Source: the human T2T-CHM13v2.0 reference genome, Homo sapiens. From it: a DNA stretch of 64,000 bases. Below, in pieces: positions 35,814 through 48,400 of the stretch (its first letter is position 1; the number at the start of each line of letters is the position of its first letter). Position numbers and translations under genes: made by a program. The stretch lies in the NCBI RefSeq assembly GCF_009914755.1, contig NC_060925.1. One strand, written 5' to 3'. Under the pieces are notes generated by a model. The model made no database searches. It saw only the letters and a program-made list of their open reading frames with translations, and was not told where the DNA came from.

Positions 35814-38800
35814 GAATTCCCAGTAACTTCCTTGTGTTGTGTGCATTCAACTCACAGAGTTGAACGTTCCCTTAGACAGAGCAGATTTGAAACACTCTAT
35901 TTGTGCAATTTGCAAGTGTAGTTTTCAAGCTCTTTAAGGTCAACGGCAGAAAAGGAAATATCTTCGTTTCAAAACTAGACAGAATCATTCCCACAAACTG
36001 CGTTGTGATGTGTTCGTTCAACTCACAGAGTTTAACCTTTCTGTTCATAGAGCAGTTAGGAAACACTCTGTTTGTAAAGTCTGTAAGTGGATATTCTGAC
36101 ATCTTGTGGCCTTCGTTGGAAACGGGATTTCTTCATATTCTGCTAGACAGAAGAATTCTCAGTAACTTCCTTGTGTTGTGTGTATTCAACTCACAGAGTT
36201 GAACGATCCTTTACACAGAGCAGACTTGAAACACTCTTTTTGTGGAATTTGCAAGTGGAGATTTCAGCCGCTTTGAGGTCAATGGTAGAAAAGGAAACTA
36301 TCTTCATATAAAGACTAGACAGAATGATTCTCAGAAAATCTTTTGTGATGTGTGCGTTCAACTCACAGAGTTTAACTTTTCTTCTCATAGAGCAGTTAGG
36401 AAACACTCTGTTTGTAAAGTCTGCAAGTGGATATTCAGACCTCTTTGAGGCCTTCGTTGGAAACGGGATTTCTTCATATTATGCTAGACAGAATAATTCT
36501 CAGTAACTTCCTTGTGTTGTGTGTATTCAACTCACAGAGTTGAAGGATCCTTTACAGAGAGCAGGCTTGAAACACTCTTTTTGTCGAATTTGCAAGTGGA
36601 GATTTCAGCCGCTTTGAGGTCAATGGTAGAATAGGAAATATCTTCTTATAGAAACTAGACAGAATGATTCTCATAAACTCCTTTGTGATGTGTGCGTTCA
36701 ACTCACAGAGTTTAACCTTTCTTTTCATAGAGCAGTTAGGAAACACTCTGTTTGTAAAGTCTGCAAGTGGATATTCAGACCTCCTTGAGGCCTTCGTTGG
36801 AAACGGGATTTCTTCATATTCTGCTAGACAGAAGAATTCTCAGTAACTTCCTTGTGTTGTGTTTATTCAACTCACAGAGTTGAACGATCCTTTACACAGA
36901 GCAGACTTGAAACACTCTTTTTGTGGAATTTGCAAGTGGAGATTTCAGCCGCTTTGAGGTCAATAGTAGAAAAGGAAATATCTTCGTAGAAAAACTAGAC
37001 AGAATGATTCTCAGAAACTCCTTTGTGATGTGTGTGTTCAACTCACAGAGTTTAACCTTTCTTTTCATAGAGCAGTTAGTAAACACTCTGTTTATAAAGT
37101 CTGCAAGTGGATATTCAGAACCCTTTGAGGCCTTCGTTGGAAACGGGATTTCTTCATATTACGCTAGACAGAAGAATTCTCAGTAACTTCCTTGTGTTGT
37201 GTGTATTCAACTGACAGAGTTGAACTTTCATTTAGAGAGAGCAGATTTGAAACACTGTTTTTGTGGAATTTGCAAGTGGAGATTTCAAGCGCTTTGGGGC
37301 CAAAGGCAGAAAAGGAAATATCTTCGTATAAAAACTAGACAGAATCATTCTCAGAAACTGCTGCGTGATGTGTGCGTTCAACTCTCAGAGTTTAACTTTT
37401 CTTTTCATTCAGCGGTTTGGAAACACTCTGTTTGTAAAGACTGCACGTGGATATTTTGACCACTTAGAGGCCTTCGTTGGAAACGGGTTTTCTTCATGTA
37501 AGGCTAGACAGAAGAATTCCCAGTAACTTCCTTGTGTTGTGTGCATTCAACTCACAGAGTTGAACGTTCCCTTAGACAGAGCAGATTTGAAACACTCTAT
37601 TTGTGCAATTTGCAAGTGTAGATTTCAAGCGCTTTAAGGTCAATGGCAGAAAAGGAAATTTCTTCGTTTCAAAACTAGACAGAATCATTCCCACAAACTG
37701 CGTTGTGATGTGTTCTTTCAACTCACAGAGTTTAACCTTTCTGTTCATAGAGCAGTTAGGAAACACTCTGTTTGTAAAGTCTGCAAGTGGATATTCAGAC
37801 CTCCTTGAGGCCTTCGTTGGAAACGGGATTTCTTCATATTCTGCTAGACAGAAGAATTCTCAGTAACTTCCTTGTGTTGTGTGTATTCAACTCACAGAGT
37901 TGAACGATCCTTCACACAGAGCAGACTTGAAACACTCTTTTTGTGGAATTTGCAAGTGGAGATTTCAGCCGCTTTGAGGTCAATGGTAGAAAAGGAAATA
38001 TCTTCGTATAAAGACTAGACAGAATGATTCTCAGAAACTCCTTTGTGATGTGTGCGTTCAACTCACAGAGTTTAACCTTTCTGTTCATAGAGCAGTTAGG
38101 AAACACTCTGTTTGTAAAGTCTGCAAGTGGATATTCAGACCTCTTTGAGGCCTTCGTTGGAAACGGGATTTCTTCATATTCTGCTAGACAGAATAATTCT
38201 TAGTAACTTCCTTGTGTTGTGTGTATTCAACTCACAGAGTTGAACGATCCTTTACACAGAGCAGACTTGAAACATTCTTTTTGTGGAATTTGCAAGTGGA
38301 GATTTCAGCCGCTTTGAGGTCAATGGTAGAATAGGAAATATCTTCCTATAGAAACTAGACAGAACGATTCTCAGAAACTCCTTTGTGATGTGTGCGTTCA
38401 ACTCACAGAGTTTAACCTTTCTTTTCATAGAGCAGTTAGGAAACACTCTGTTTGTAAAGTCTGCAAGTGGATATTCAGACCTCTTTGAGGACTTCGTTGG
38501 AAACGGGATTTCTCCCTATTCTGCTAGACAGAAGAATTCTCAGTAACTTCCTTGTGTTGTGTGTATTCAACTCACAGAGTTGAACGATCCTTTACACAGA
38601 GCAGACTTGAAACACTCTTTTTGTGGAATTTGCAAGTGGAGATTTCAGCCGCTTTGAGGTCAATAGTAGAAAAGGAAATATCTTCGTAGAAAAACTAGAC
38701 AGAATGATTCTCAGAAACTCCTTTGTGATGTGTGTGTTCAACTCACAGAGTTTAACCTTTCTTTTCATAGAGCAGTTAGTAAACACTCTGTTTATAAAGT

Positions 38801-39213
38801 CTGCAAGTGGATATTCAGACCCCTTTGAGGCCTTCGTTGGAAACGGGATTTCTTCATATTATGCTAGACAGAAGAATTCTCAGTAACTTCCTTGTGTTGT
38901 GTGTATTCAACTGACAGAGTTGAACTTTCATTTAGAGAGAGCAGATTTGAAACACTGTTTTTGTGGAATTTGCAAGTGGAGATTTCAAGCGCTTTGGGGC
39001 CAAAGGCAGAAAAGGAAATAACTTCGTATAAAAACTAGACAGAATCATTCTCAGAAACTGCTGCGTGATGTGTGCGTTCAACTCTCAGAGTTTAACTTTT
39101 CTTTTCATTCAGCGGTTTGGAAACACTCTGTTTGTAAAGTCTGCACGTGGATATTTTGACCACTTAGAGGCCTTCGTTGGAAACGGGTTTTTTTCATGTA
39201 AGGCTAGACAGAA

Positions 39214-40232
39214 GAATTCCCAGTAACTTCCTTGTGTTGTGTGCATTCAACTCACAGAGTTGAACGTTCCCTTAGACAGAGCAGATTTGAAACACTCTAT
39301 TTGTGCAATTTGCAAGTGTAGATTTCAAGCGCTTTAAGGTCAACGGCAGAAAAGGAAATATCTTCCTTTCAAAAATAGACAGAATCATTCCCACAAACTG
39401 CGTTGTGATGTGTTCGTTCAACTCACAGAGTTTAACCTTTCTGTTCATAGAGCAGTTAGGAAACACTCTGTTTGTAAAGTCTGTAAGTGGATATTCTGAC
39501 ATCTTGTGGCCTTCGTTGGAAACGGGATTTCTTCATATTCTGCTAGACAGAAGAATTCTCAGTAACTTCCTTGTGTTGTGTGCATTCAACTCACAGAGTT
39601 GAACGATCCTTTACACAGAGCAGACTTGAAACACTCTTTTTGTGGAATTTGCAAGTGGAGATTTCAGCCGCTTTGAGGTCAATGGTAGAAAAGTAAATAT
39701 CTTCGTATAAAGACTAGACAGAATGATTCTCAGAAACTCCTTTGTGATGTGTGTGTTCAACTCACAGAGTTTAACCTTTCTTTTCATAGAGCAGTTAGTA
39801 AACACTCTGTTTATAAAGTCTGCAAGTGGATATTCAGACCCCTTTGAGGCCTTCGTTGGAAACGGGATTTCTTCATATTATGCTAGACAGAAGAATTCTC
39901 AGTAACTTCCTTGTGTTGTGTGTATTCAACTGACAGAGTTGAACTTTCATTTAGAGAGAGTAGTTTTGAAACACTGTTTTTGTGGAATTTGCAAGTGGAG
40001 ATTTCAAGCGCTTTGGGGCCAAAGGCAGAAAAGGAAATGTCTTTGTATAAAAACTAGACAGAATCATTCTCAGAAACTGCTGCGTGATGTGTGCGTTCAA
40101 CTCTCAGAGTTTAACTTTTCTTTTCATTCAGCGGTTTGGAAACACTCTGTTTGTAAAGTCTGCACGTGGATATTTTGACCACTTAGAGGCCTTCGTTGGA
40201 AACGGGTTTTTTTCATGTAAGGCTAGACAGAA
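39214..40232 (+). repeat. 6-mer HOR unit (duplicate of 30715-31733)
   Basis: F starts at 39214 and 40233; carries the same private variants as the 30715 unit. Confidence 0.88.
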
Positions 40233-43200
40233 GAATTCCCAGTAACTTCCTTGTGTTGTGTGCATTCAACTCACAGAGTTGAACGTTCCCTTAGACAGAG
40301 CAGATTTGAAACACTCTATTTGTGCAATTTGCAAGTGTAGTTTTCAAGCTCTTTAAGGTCAACGGCAGAAAAGGAAATATCTTCGTTTCAAAACTAGACA
40401 GAATCATTCCCACAAACTGCGTTGTGATGTGTTCGTTCAACTCACAGAGTTTAACCTTTCTGTTCATAGAGCAGTTAGGAAACACTCTGTTTGTAAAGTC
40501 TGTAAGTGGATATTCTGACATCTTGTGGCCTTCGTTGGAAACGGGATTTCTTCATATTCTGCTAGACAGAAGAATTCTCAGTAACTTCCTTGTGTTGTGT
40601 GTATTCAACTCACAGAGTTGAACGATCCTTTACACAGAGCAGACTTGAAACACTCTTTTTGTGGAATTTGCAAGTGGAGATTTCAGCCGCTTTGAGGTCA
40701 ATGGTAGAAAAGGAAACTATCTTCATATAAAGACTAGACAGAATGATTCTCAGAAAATCTTTTGTGATGTGTGCGTTCAACTCACAGAGTTTAACTTTTC
40801 TTCTCATAGAGCAGTTAGGAAACACTCTGTTTGTAAAGTCTGCAAGTGGATATTCAGACCTCTTTGAGGCCTTCGTTGGAAACGGGATTTCTTCATATTC
40901 TGCTAGACAGAAGAATTCTCAGTAACTTCCTTGTGTTGTGTGTATTCAACTCACAGAGTTGAAGGATCCTTTACAGAGAGCAGGCTTGAAACACTCTTTT
41001 TGTCGAATTTGCAAGTGGAGATTTCAGCCGCTTTGAGGTCAATGGTAGAATAGGAAATATCTTCTTATAGAAACTAGACAGAATGATTCTCATAAACTCC
41101 TTTGTGATGTGTGCGTTCAACTCACAGAGTTTAACCTTTCTTTTCATAGAGCAGTTAGGAAACACTCTGTTTGTAAAGTCTGCAAGTGGATATTCAGACC
41201 TCCTTGAGGCCTTCGTTGGAAACGGGATTTCTTCATATTCTGCTAGACAGAAGAATTCTCAGTAACTTCCTTGTGTTGTGTTTATTCAACTCACAGAGTT
41301 GAATGATCCTTTACACAGAGCAGACTTGAAACACTCTTTTTGTGGAATTTGCAAGTGGAGATTTCAGCCGCTTTGAGGTCAATGGTAGAAAAGTAAATAT
41401 CTTCGTATAAAGACTAGACAGAATGATTCTCAGAAACTCCTTTGTGATGTGTGCGTTCAACTCACAGAGTTTAACCTTTCTGTTCATAGAGCAGTTAGGA
41501 AACACTCTGTTTGTAAAGTCTGCAAGTGGATATTCAGACCTCCTTGAGGCCTTCGTTGGAAACGGGATTTCTTCATATTCTGCTAGACAGAAGAATTCTC
41601 AGTAACTTCCTTGTGTTGTGTGTATTCAACTCACAGAGTTGAACGATCCTTTACACAGAGCAGACTTGAAACACTCTTTTTGTGGAATTTGCAAGAGGAG
41701 ATTTCAGCCGCTTTGAGGTCAATAGTAGAAAAGGAAACATCTTCGTAGAAAAACTAGACAGAATGATTCTCAGAAACTCCTTTGTGATGTGTGTGTTCAA
41801 CTCACAGAGTTTAACCTTTCTTTTCATAGAGCAGTTAGTAAACACTCTGTTTATAAAGTCTGCAAGTGGATATTCAGACCCCTTTGAGGCCTTCGTTGGA
41901 AACGGGATTTCTTCATATTATGCTAGACAGAAGAATTCTCAGTAACTTCCTTGTGTTGTGTGTATTCAACTGACAGAGTTGAACTTTCATTTGGAGAGAG
42001 CAGATTTGAAACACTGTTTTTGTGGAATTTGCAAGTGGAGATTTCAAGCGCTTTGGGGCCAAAGGCAGAAAAGGAAATATCTTCGTATAAAAACTAGACA
42101 GAATCATTCTCAGAAACTGCTGCGTGATGTGTGCGTTCAACTCTCAGAGTTTAACCTTTCTTTTCATTCAGCGGTTTGGAAACACTCTGTTTGTAAAGTC
42201 TGCACGTGGATATTTTGACCACTTAGAGGCCTTCGTTGGAAACGGGTTTTTTTCATGTAAGGCTAGACAGAAGAATTCCCAGTAACTTCCTTGTGTTGTG
42301 TGCATTCAACTCACAGAGTTGAACGTTCCCTTAGACAGAGCAGATTTGAAACACTCTATTTGTGCAATTTGCAAGTGTAGTTTTCAAGCTCTTTAAGGTC
42401 AACGGCAGAAAAGGAAATATCTTCGTTTCAAAACTAGACAGAATCATTCCCACAAACTGCGTTGTGATGTGTTCGTTCAACTCACAGAGTTTAACCTTTC
42501 TGTTCATAGAGCAGTTAGGAAACACTCTGTTTGTAAAGTCTGTAAGTGGATATTCTGACATCTTGTGGCCTTCGTTGGAAACGGGATTTCTTCATATTCT
42601 GCTAGACAGAAGAATTCTCAGTAACTTCCTTGTGTTGTGTGTATTCAACTCACAGAGTTGAACGATCCTTTACACAGAGCAGACTTGAAACACTCTTTTT
42701 GTGGAATTTGCAAGTGGAGATTTCAGCCGCTTTGAGGTCAATGGTAGAAAAGGAAACTATCTTCATATAAAGACTAGACAGAATGATTCTCAGAAAATCT
42801 TTTGTGATGTGTGCGTTCAACTCACAGAGTTTAACTTTTCTTCTCATAGAGCAGTTAGGAAACACTCTGTTTGTAAAGTCTGCAAGTGGATATTCAGACC
42901 TCTTTGAGGCCTTCGTTGGAAACGGGATTTCTTCATATTCTGCTAGACAGAAGAATTCTCAGTAACTTCCTTGTGTTGTGTGTATTCAACTCACAGAGTT
43001 GAAGGATCCTTTACAGAGAGCAGGCTTGAAACACTCTTTTTGTCGAATTTGCAAGTGGAGATTTCAGCCGCTTTGAGGTCAATGGTAGAATAGGAAATAT
43101 CTTCTTATAGAAACTAGACAGAATGATTCTCATAAACTCCTTTGGATGTGTGCGTTCAACTCACAGAGTTTAACCTTTCTTTTCATAGAGCAGTTAGGAA

Positions 43201-44311
43201 ACACTCTGTTTGAAAAGTCTGCAAGTGGATATTCAGACCTCCTTGAGGCCTTCGTTGGAAACGGGATTTCTTCATATTCTGCTAGACAGAAGAATTCTCA
43301 GTAACTTCCTTGTGTTGTGTTTATTCAACTCACAGAGTTGAATGATCCTTTACACAGAGCAGACTTGAAACACTCTTTTTGTGGAATTTGCAAGTGGAGA
43401 TTTCAGCCGCTTTGAGGTCAATGGTAGAAAAGTAAATATCTTCGTATAAAGACTAGACAGAATGATTCTCAGAAACTCCTTTGTGATGTGTGCGTTCAAC
43501 TCACAGAGTTTAACCTTTCTGTTCATAGAGCAGTTAGGAAACACTCTGTTTGTAAAGTCTGCAAGTGGATATTCAGACCTCCTTGAGGCCTTCGTTGGAA
43601 ACGGGATTTCTTCATATTCTGCTAGACAGAAGAATTCTCAGTAACTTCCTTGTGTTGTGTGTATTCAACTCACAGAGTTGAACGATCCTTTACACAGAGC
43701 AGACTTGAAACACTCTTTTTGTGGAATTTGCAAGAGGAGATTTCAGCCGCTTTGAGGTCAATAGTAGAAAAGGAAATATCTTCGTAGAAAAACTAGACAG
43801 AATGATTCTCAGAAACTCCTTTGTGATGTGTGTGTTCAACTCACAGAGTTTAACCTTTCTTTTCATAGAGCAGTTAGTAAACACTCTGTTTATAAAGTCT
43901 GCAAGTGGATATTCAGACCCCTTTGAGGCCTTCGTTGGAAACGGGATTTCTTCATATTATGCTAGACAGAAGAATTCTCAGTAACTTCCTTGTGTTGTGT
44001 GTATTCAACTGACAGAGTTGAACTTTCATTTAGAGAGAGCAGATTTGAAACACTGTTTTTGTGGAATTTGCAAGTGGAGATTTCAAGTGCTTTGAGGCCA
44101 AAGGCAGAAAAGGAAATATCTTCGTATAAAAACTAGACAGAATCATTCTCAGAAACTGCTGCGTGATGTGTGCGTTCAACTCTCAGAGTTTAACTTTTCT
44201 TTTCATTCAGCGGTTTGGAAACACTCTGTTTGTAAAGTCTGCACGTGGATATTTTGACCACTTAGAGGCCTTCGTTGGAAACGGGTTTTTTTCATGTAAG
44301 GCTAGACAGAA
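40233..44311 (+). repeat. Two canonical 12-mer units (2040, 2039 bp)
   Basis: F starts at 40233, 42273, 44312. Confidence 0.88.
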
Positions 44312-45479
44312 GAATTCCCAGTAACTTCCTTGTGTTGTGTGCATTCAACTCACAGAGTTGAACGTTCCCTTAGACAGAGCAGATTTGAAACACTCTATTT
44401 GTGCAATTTGCAAGTGTAGATTTCAAGCGCTTTAAGGTCAACGGCAGAAAAGGAAATATCTTCGTTTCAAAACTAGACAGAATCATTCCCACAAACTGCG
44501 TTGTGATGTGTTCGTTCAACTCACAGAGTTTAACCTTTCTGTTCATAGAGCAGTTAGGAAACACTCTGTTTGTAAAGTCTGTAAGTGGATATTCTGACAT
44601 CTTGTGGCCTTCGTTGGAAACGGGATTTCTTCATATTCTGCTAGACAGAAGAATTCTCAGTAACTTCCTTGTGTTGTGTGTATTCAACTCACAGAGTTGA
44701 ACGATCCTTTACACAGAGCAGACTTGAAACACTCTTTTTGTGGAATTTGCAAGTGGAGATTTCAGCCGCTTTGAGGTCAATGGTAGAAAAGGAAACTATC
44801 TTCATATAAAGACTAGACAGAATGATTCTCAGAAAATCTTTTGTGATGTGTGCGTTCAACTCACAGAGTTTAACTTTTCTTCTCATAGAGCAGTTAGGAA
44901 ACACTCTGTTTGTAAAGTCTGCAAGTGGATATTCAGACCTCTTTGAGGCCTTCGTTGGAAACGGGATTTCTTCATATTATGCTAGACAGAATAATTCTCA
45001 GTAACTTCCTTGTGTTGTGTGTATTCAACTCACAGAGTTGAAGGATCCTTTACAGAGAGCAGGCTTGAAACACTCTTTTTGTCGAATTTGCAAGTGGAGA
45101 TTTCAGCCGCTTTGAGGTCAATGGTAGAATAGGAAATATCTTCTTATAGAAACTAGACAGAATGATTCTCATGAACTCCTTTGTGATGTGTGCGTTCAAC
45201 TCACAGAGTTTAACCTTTCTTTTCATAGAGCAGTTAGGAAACACTCTGTTTGTAAAGTCTGCAAGTGGATATTCAGACCTCCTTGAGGCCTTCGTTGGAA
45301 ACGGGATTTCATCATATTCTGCTAGACAGAAGAATTCTCAGTAACTTCCTTGTGTTGTGTTTATTCAACTCACAGAGTTGAATGATCCTTTACACAGAGC
45401 AGACTTGAAACACTCTTTTTGTGGAATTTGCAAGTGGAGATTTCAGCCGCTTTGAGGTCAATGGTAGAATAGGAAATAT

Positions 45480-48400
45480 CTTCGTATAAAGACTAGACAG
45501 AATGATTCTCAGAAACTCCTTTGTGATGTGTGCGTTCAACTCACAGAGTTTAACCTTTCTGTTCATAGAGCAGTTAGGAAACACTCTGTTTGTAAAGTCT
45601 GCAAGTGGATATTCAGACCTCCTTGAGGCCTTCGTTGGAAACGGGATTTCTTCATATTCTGCTAGACAGAAGAATTCTCAGTAACTTCCTTGTGTTGTGT
45701 GTATTCAACTCACAGAGTTGAACGATCCTTTACACAGAGCAGACTTGAAACACTCTTTTTGTGGAATTTGCAAGTGGAGATTTCAGCCGCTTTGAGGTCA
45801 ATGGTAGAAAAGGAAATATCTTCCTATAAAGACTAGACAGAATGATTCTCAGAAACTCCTTTGTGATGTGTGCGTTCAACTCACAGAGTTTAACCTTTCT
45901 TTTCATAGAGCAGTTAGGAAACACTCTGTTTGTAAAGTCTGCAAGTGGATATTCAGACCTCTTTGAGGCCTTCGTTGGAAACGGGATTTCTTCCTATTCT
46001 GCTAGACAGAAGAATTCTCAGTAACTTCCTTGTGTTGTGTGTATTCAACTCACAGAGTTGAACGATCCTTTACACAGAGCAGACTTGAAACACTCTTTTT
46101 GTGGAATTTGCAAGTGGAGATTTCAGCCGCTTTGAGGTCAATAGTAGAAAAGGAAATATCTTCGTAGAAAAACTAGACAGAATGATTCTCAGAAACTCCT
46201 TTGTGATGTGTGTGTTCAACTCACAGAGTTTAACCTTTCTTTTCATAGAGCAGTTAGTAAACACTCTGTTTATAAAGTCTGCAAGTGGATATTCAGACCC
46301 CTTTGAGGCCTTCGTTGGAAACGGGATTTCTTCATATTATGCTAGACAGAAGAATTCTCAGTAACTTCCTTGTGTTGTGTGTATTCAACTGACAGAGTTG
46401 AACTTTCATTTAGAGAGAGCAGATTTGAAACACTGTTTTTGTGGAATTTGCAAGTGGAGATTTCAAGCGCTTTGGGGCCAAAGGCAGAAAAGGAAATATC
46501 TTCGTATAAAAACTAGACAGAATCATTCTCAGAAACTGCTGCGTGATGTGTGCGTTCAACTCTCAGAGTTTAACTTTTCTTTTCATTCAGCGGTTTGGAA
46601 ACACTATGTTTGTAAAGTCTGCACGTGGATATTTTGACCACTTAGAGGCCTTCGTTGGAAACGGGTTTTTTTCATGTAAGGCTAGACAGAAGAATTCCCA
46701 GTAACTTCCTTGTGTTGTGTGCATTCAACTCACAGAGTTGAACGTTCCCTTAGACAGAGCAGATTTGAAACACTCTATTTGTGCAATTTGCAAGTGTAGA
46801 TTTCAAGCGCTTTAAGGTCAACGGCAGAAAAGGAAATATCTTCGTTTCAAAACTAGACAGAATCATTCCCACAAACTGCGTTGTGATGTGTTCGTTCAAC
46901 TCACAGAGTTTAACCTTTCTGTTCATAGAGCAGTTAGGAAACACTCTGTTTGTAAAGTCTGTAAGTGGATATTCTGACATCTTGTGGCCTTCGTTGGAAA
47001 CGGGATTTCTTCATATTCTGCTAGACAGAAGAATTCTCAGTAACTTCCTTGTGTTGTGTGTATTCAACTCACAGAGTTGAACGATCCTTTACACAGAGCA
47101 GACTTGAAACACTCTTTTTGTGGAATTTGCAAGTGGAGATTTCAGCCGCTTTGAGGTCAATGGTAGAAAAGGAAACTATCTTCATATAAAGACTAGACAG
47201 AATGATTCTCAGAAAATCTTTTGTGATGTGTGCGTTCAACTCACAGAGTTTAACTTTTCTTCTCATAGAGCAGTTAGGAAACACTCTGTTTGTAAAGTCT
47301 GCAAGTGGATATTCAGACCTCTTTGAGGCCTTCGTTGGAAACGGGATTTCTTCATATTATGCTAGACAGAATAATTCTCAGTAACTTCCTTGTGTTGTGT
47401 GTATTCAACTCACAGAGTTGAAGGATCCTTTACAGAGAGCAGGCTTGAAACACTCTTTTTGTCGAATTTGCAAGTGGAGATTTCAGCCGCTTTGAGGTCA
47501 ATGGTAGAATAGGAAATATCTTCTTATAGAAACTAGACAGAATGATTCTCATGAACTCCTTTGTGATGTGTGCGTTCAACTCACAGAGTTTAACCTTTCT
47601 TTTCATAGAGCAGTTAGGAAACACTCTGTTTGTAAAGTCTGCAAGTGGATATTCAGACCTCCTTGAGGCCTTCGTTGGAAACGGGATTTCTTCATATTCT
47701 GCTAGACAGAAGAATTCTCAGTAACTTCCTTGTGTTGTGTTTATTCAACTCACAGAGTTGAATGATCCTTTACACAGAGCAGACTTGAAACACTCTTTTT
47801 GTGGAATTTGCAAGTGGAGATTTCAGCCGCTTTGAGGTCAATGGTAGAAAAGTAAATATCTTCGTATAAAGACTAGACAGAATGATTCTCAGAAACTCCT
47901 TTGTGATGTGTGCGTTCAACTCACAGAGTTTAACCTTTCTGTTCATAGAGCAGTTAGGAAACACTCTGTTTGTAAAGTCTGCAAGTGGATATTCAGACCT
48001 CCTTGAGGCCTTCGTTGGAAACGGGATTTCTTCATCTTCTGCTAGACAGAAGAATTCTCAGTAACTTCTTTGTGTTGTGTGTATTCAACTCACAGAGTTG
48101 AACGATACTTTACACAGAGCAGACTTGAAACACTCTTTTTGTGGAATTTGCAAGTGGAGATTTCAGCCGCTTTGAGGTCAATGGTAGAAAAGGAAACTAT
48201 CTTCATATAAAGACTAGACTGAATGATTCTCAGAAAATCTTTTGTGATGTGTGCGTTCAGCTCACAGAGTTTAACTTTTCTTCTCATAGAGCAGTTAGGA
48301 AACACTCTGTTTGTAAAGTCTGCAAGTGGATATTCAGACCTCTTTGAGGCCTTCGTTGGAAACGGGATTTCTTCATATTATGCTAGACAGAATAATTCTC

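Larger units (their letters stand above)
27516..43144 (+). repeat. Large duplication with 8499-bp period (50 monomers): 27516-34645 vs 36015-43144
   Basis: ORF pairs offset by 8499 from 27692/36191 to 34151/42650. Private markers shared by both copies: cagaaccc, tattacgct, gttctttc, ccttcacac, attcttag, aaaaataga, gagtagtttt, aaatgtctttg. Confidence 0.88.
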
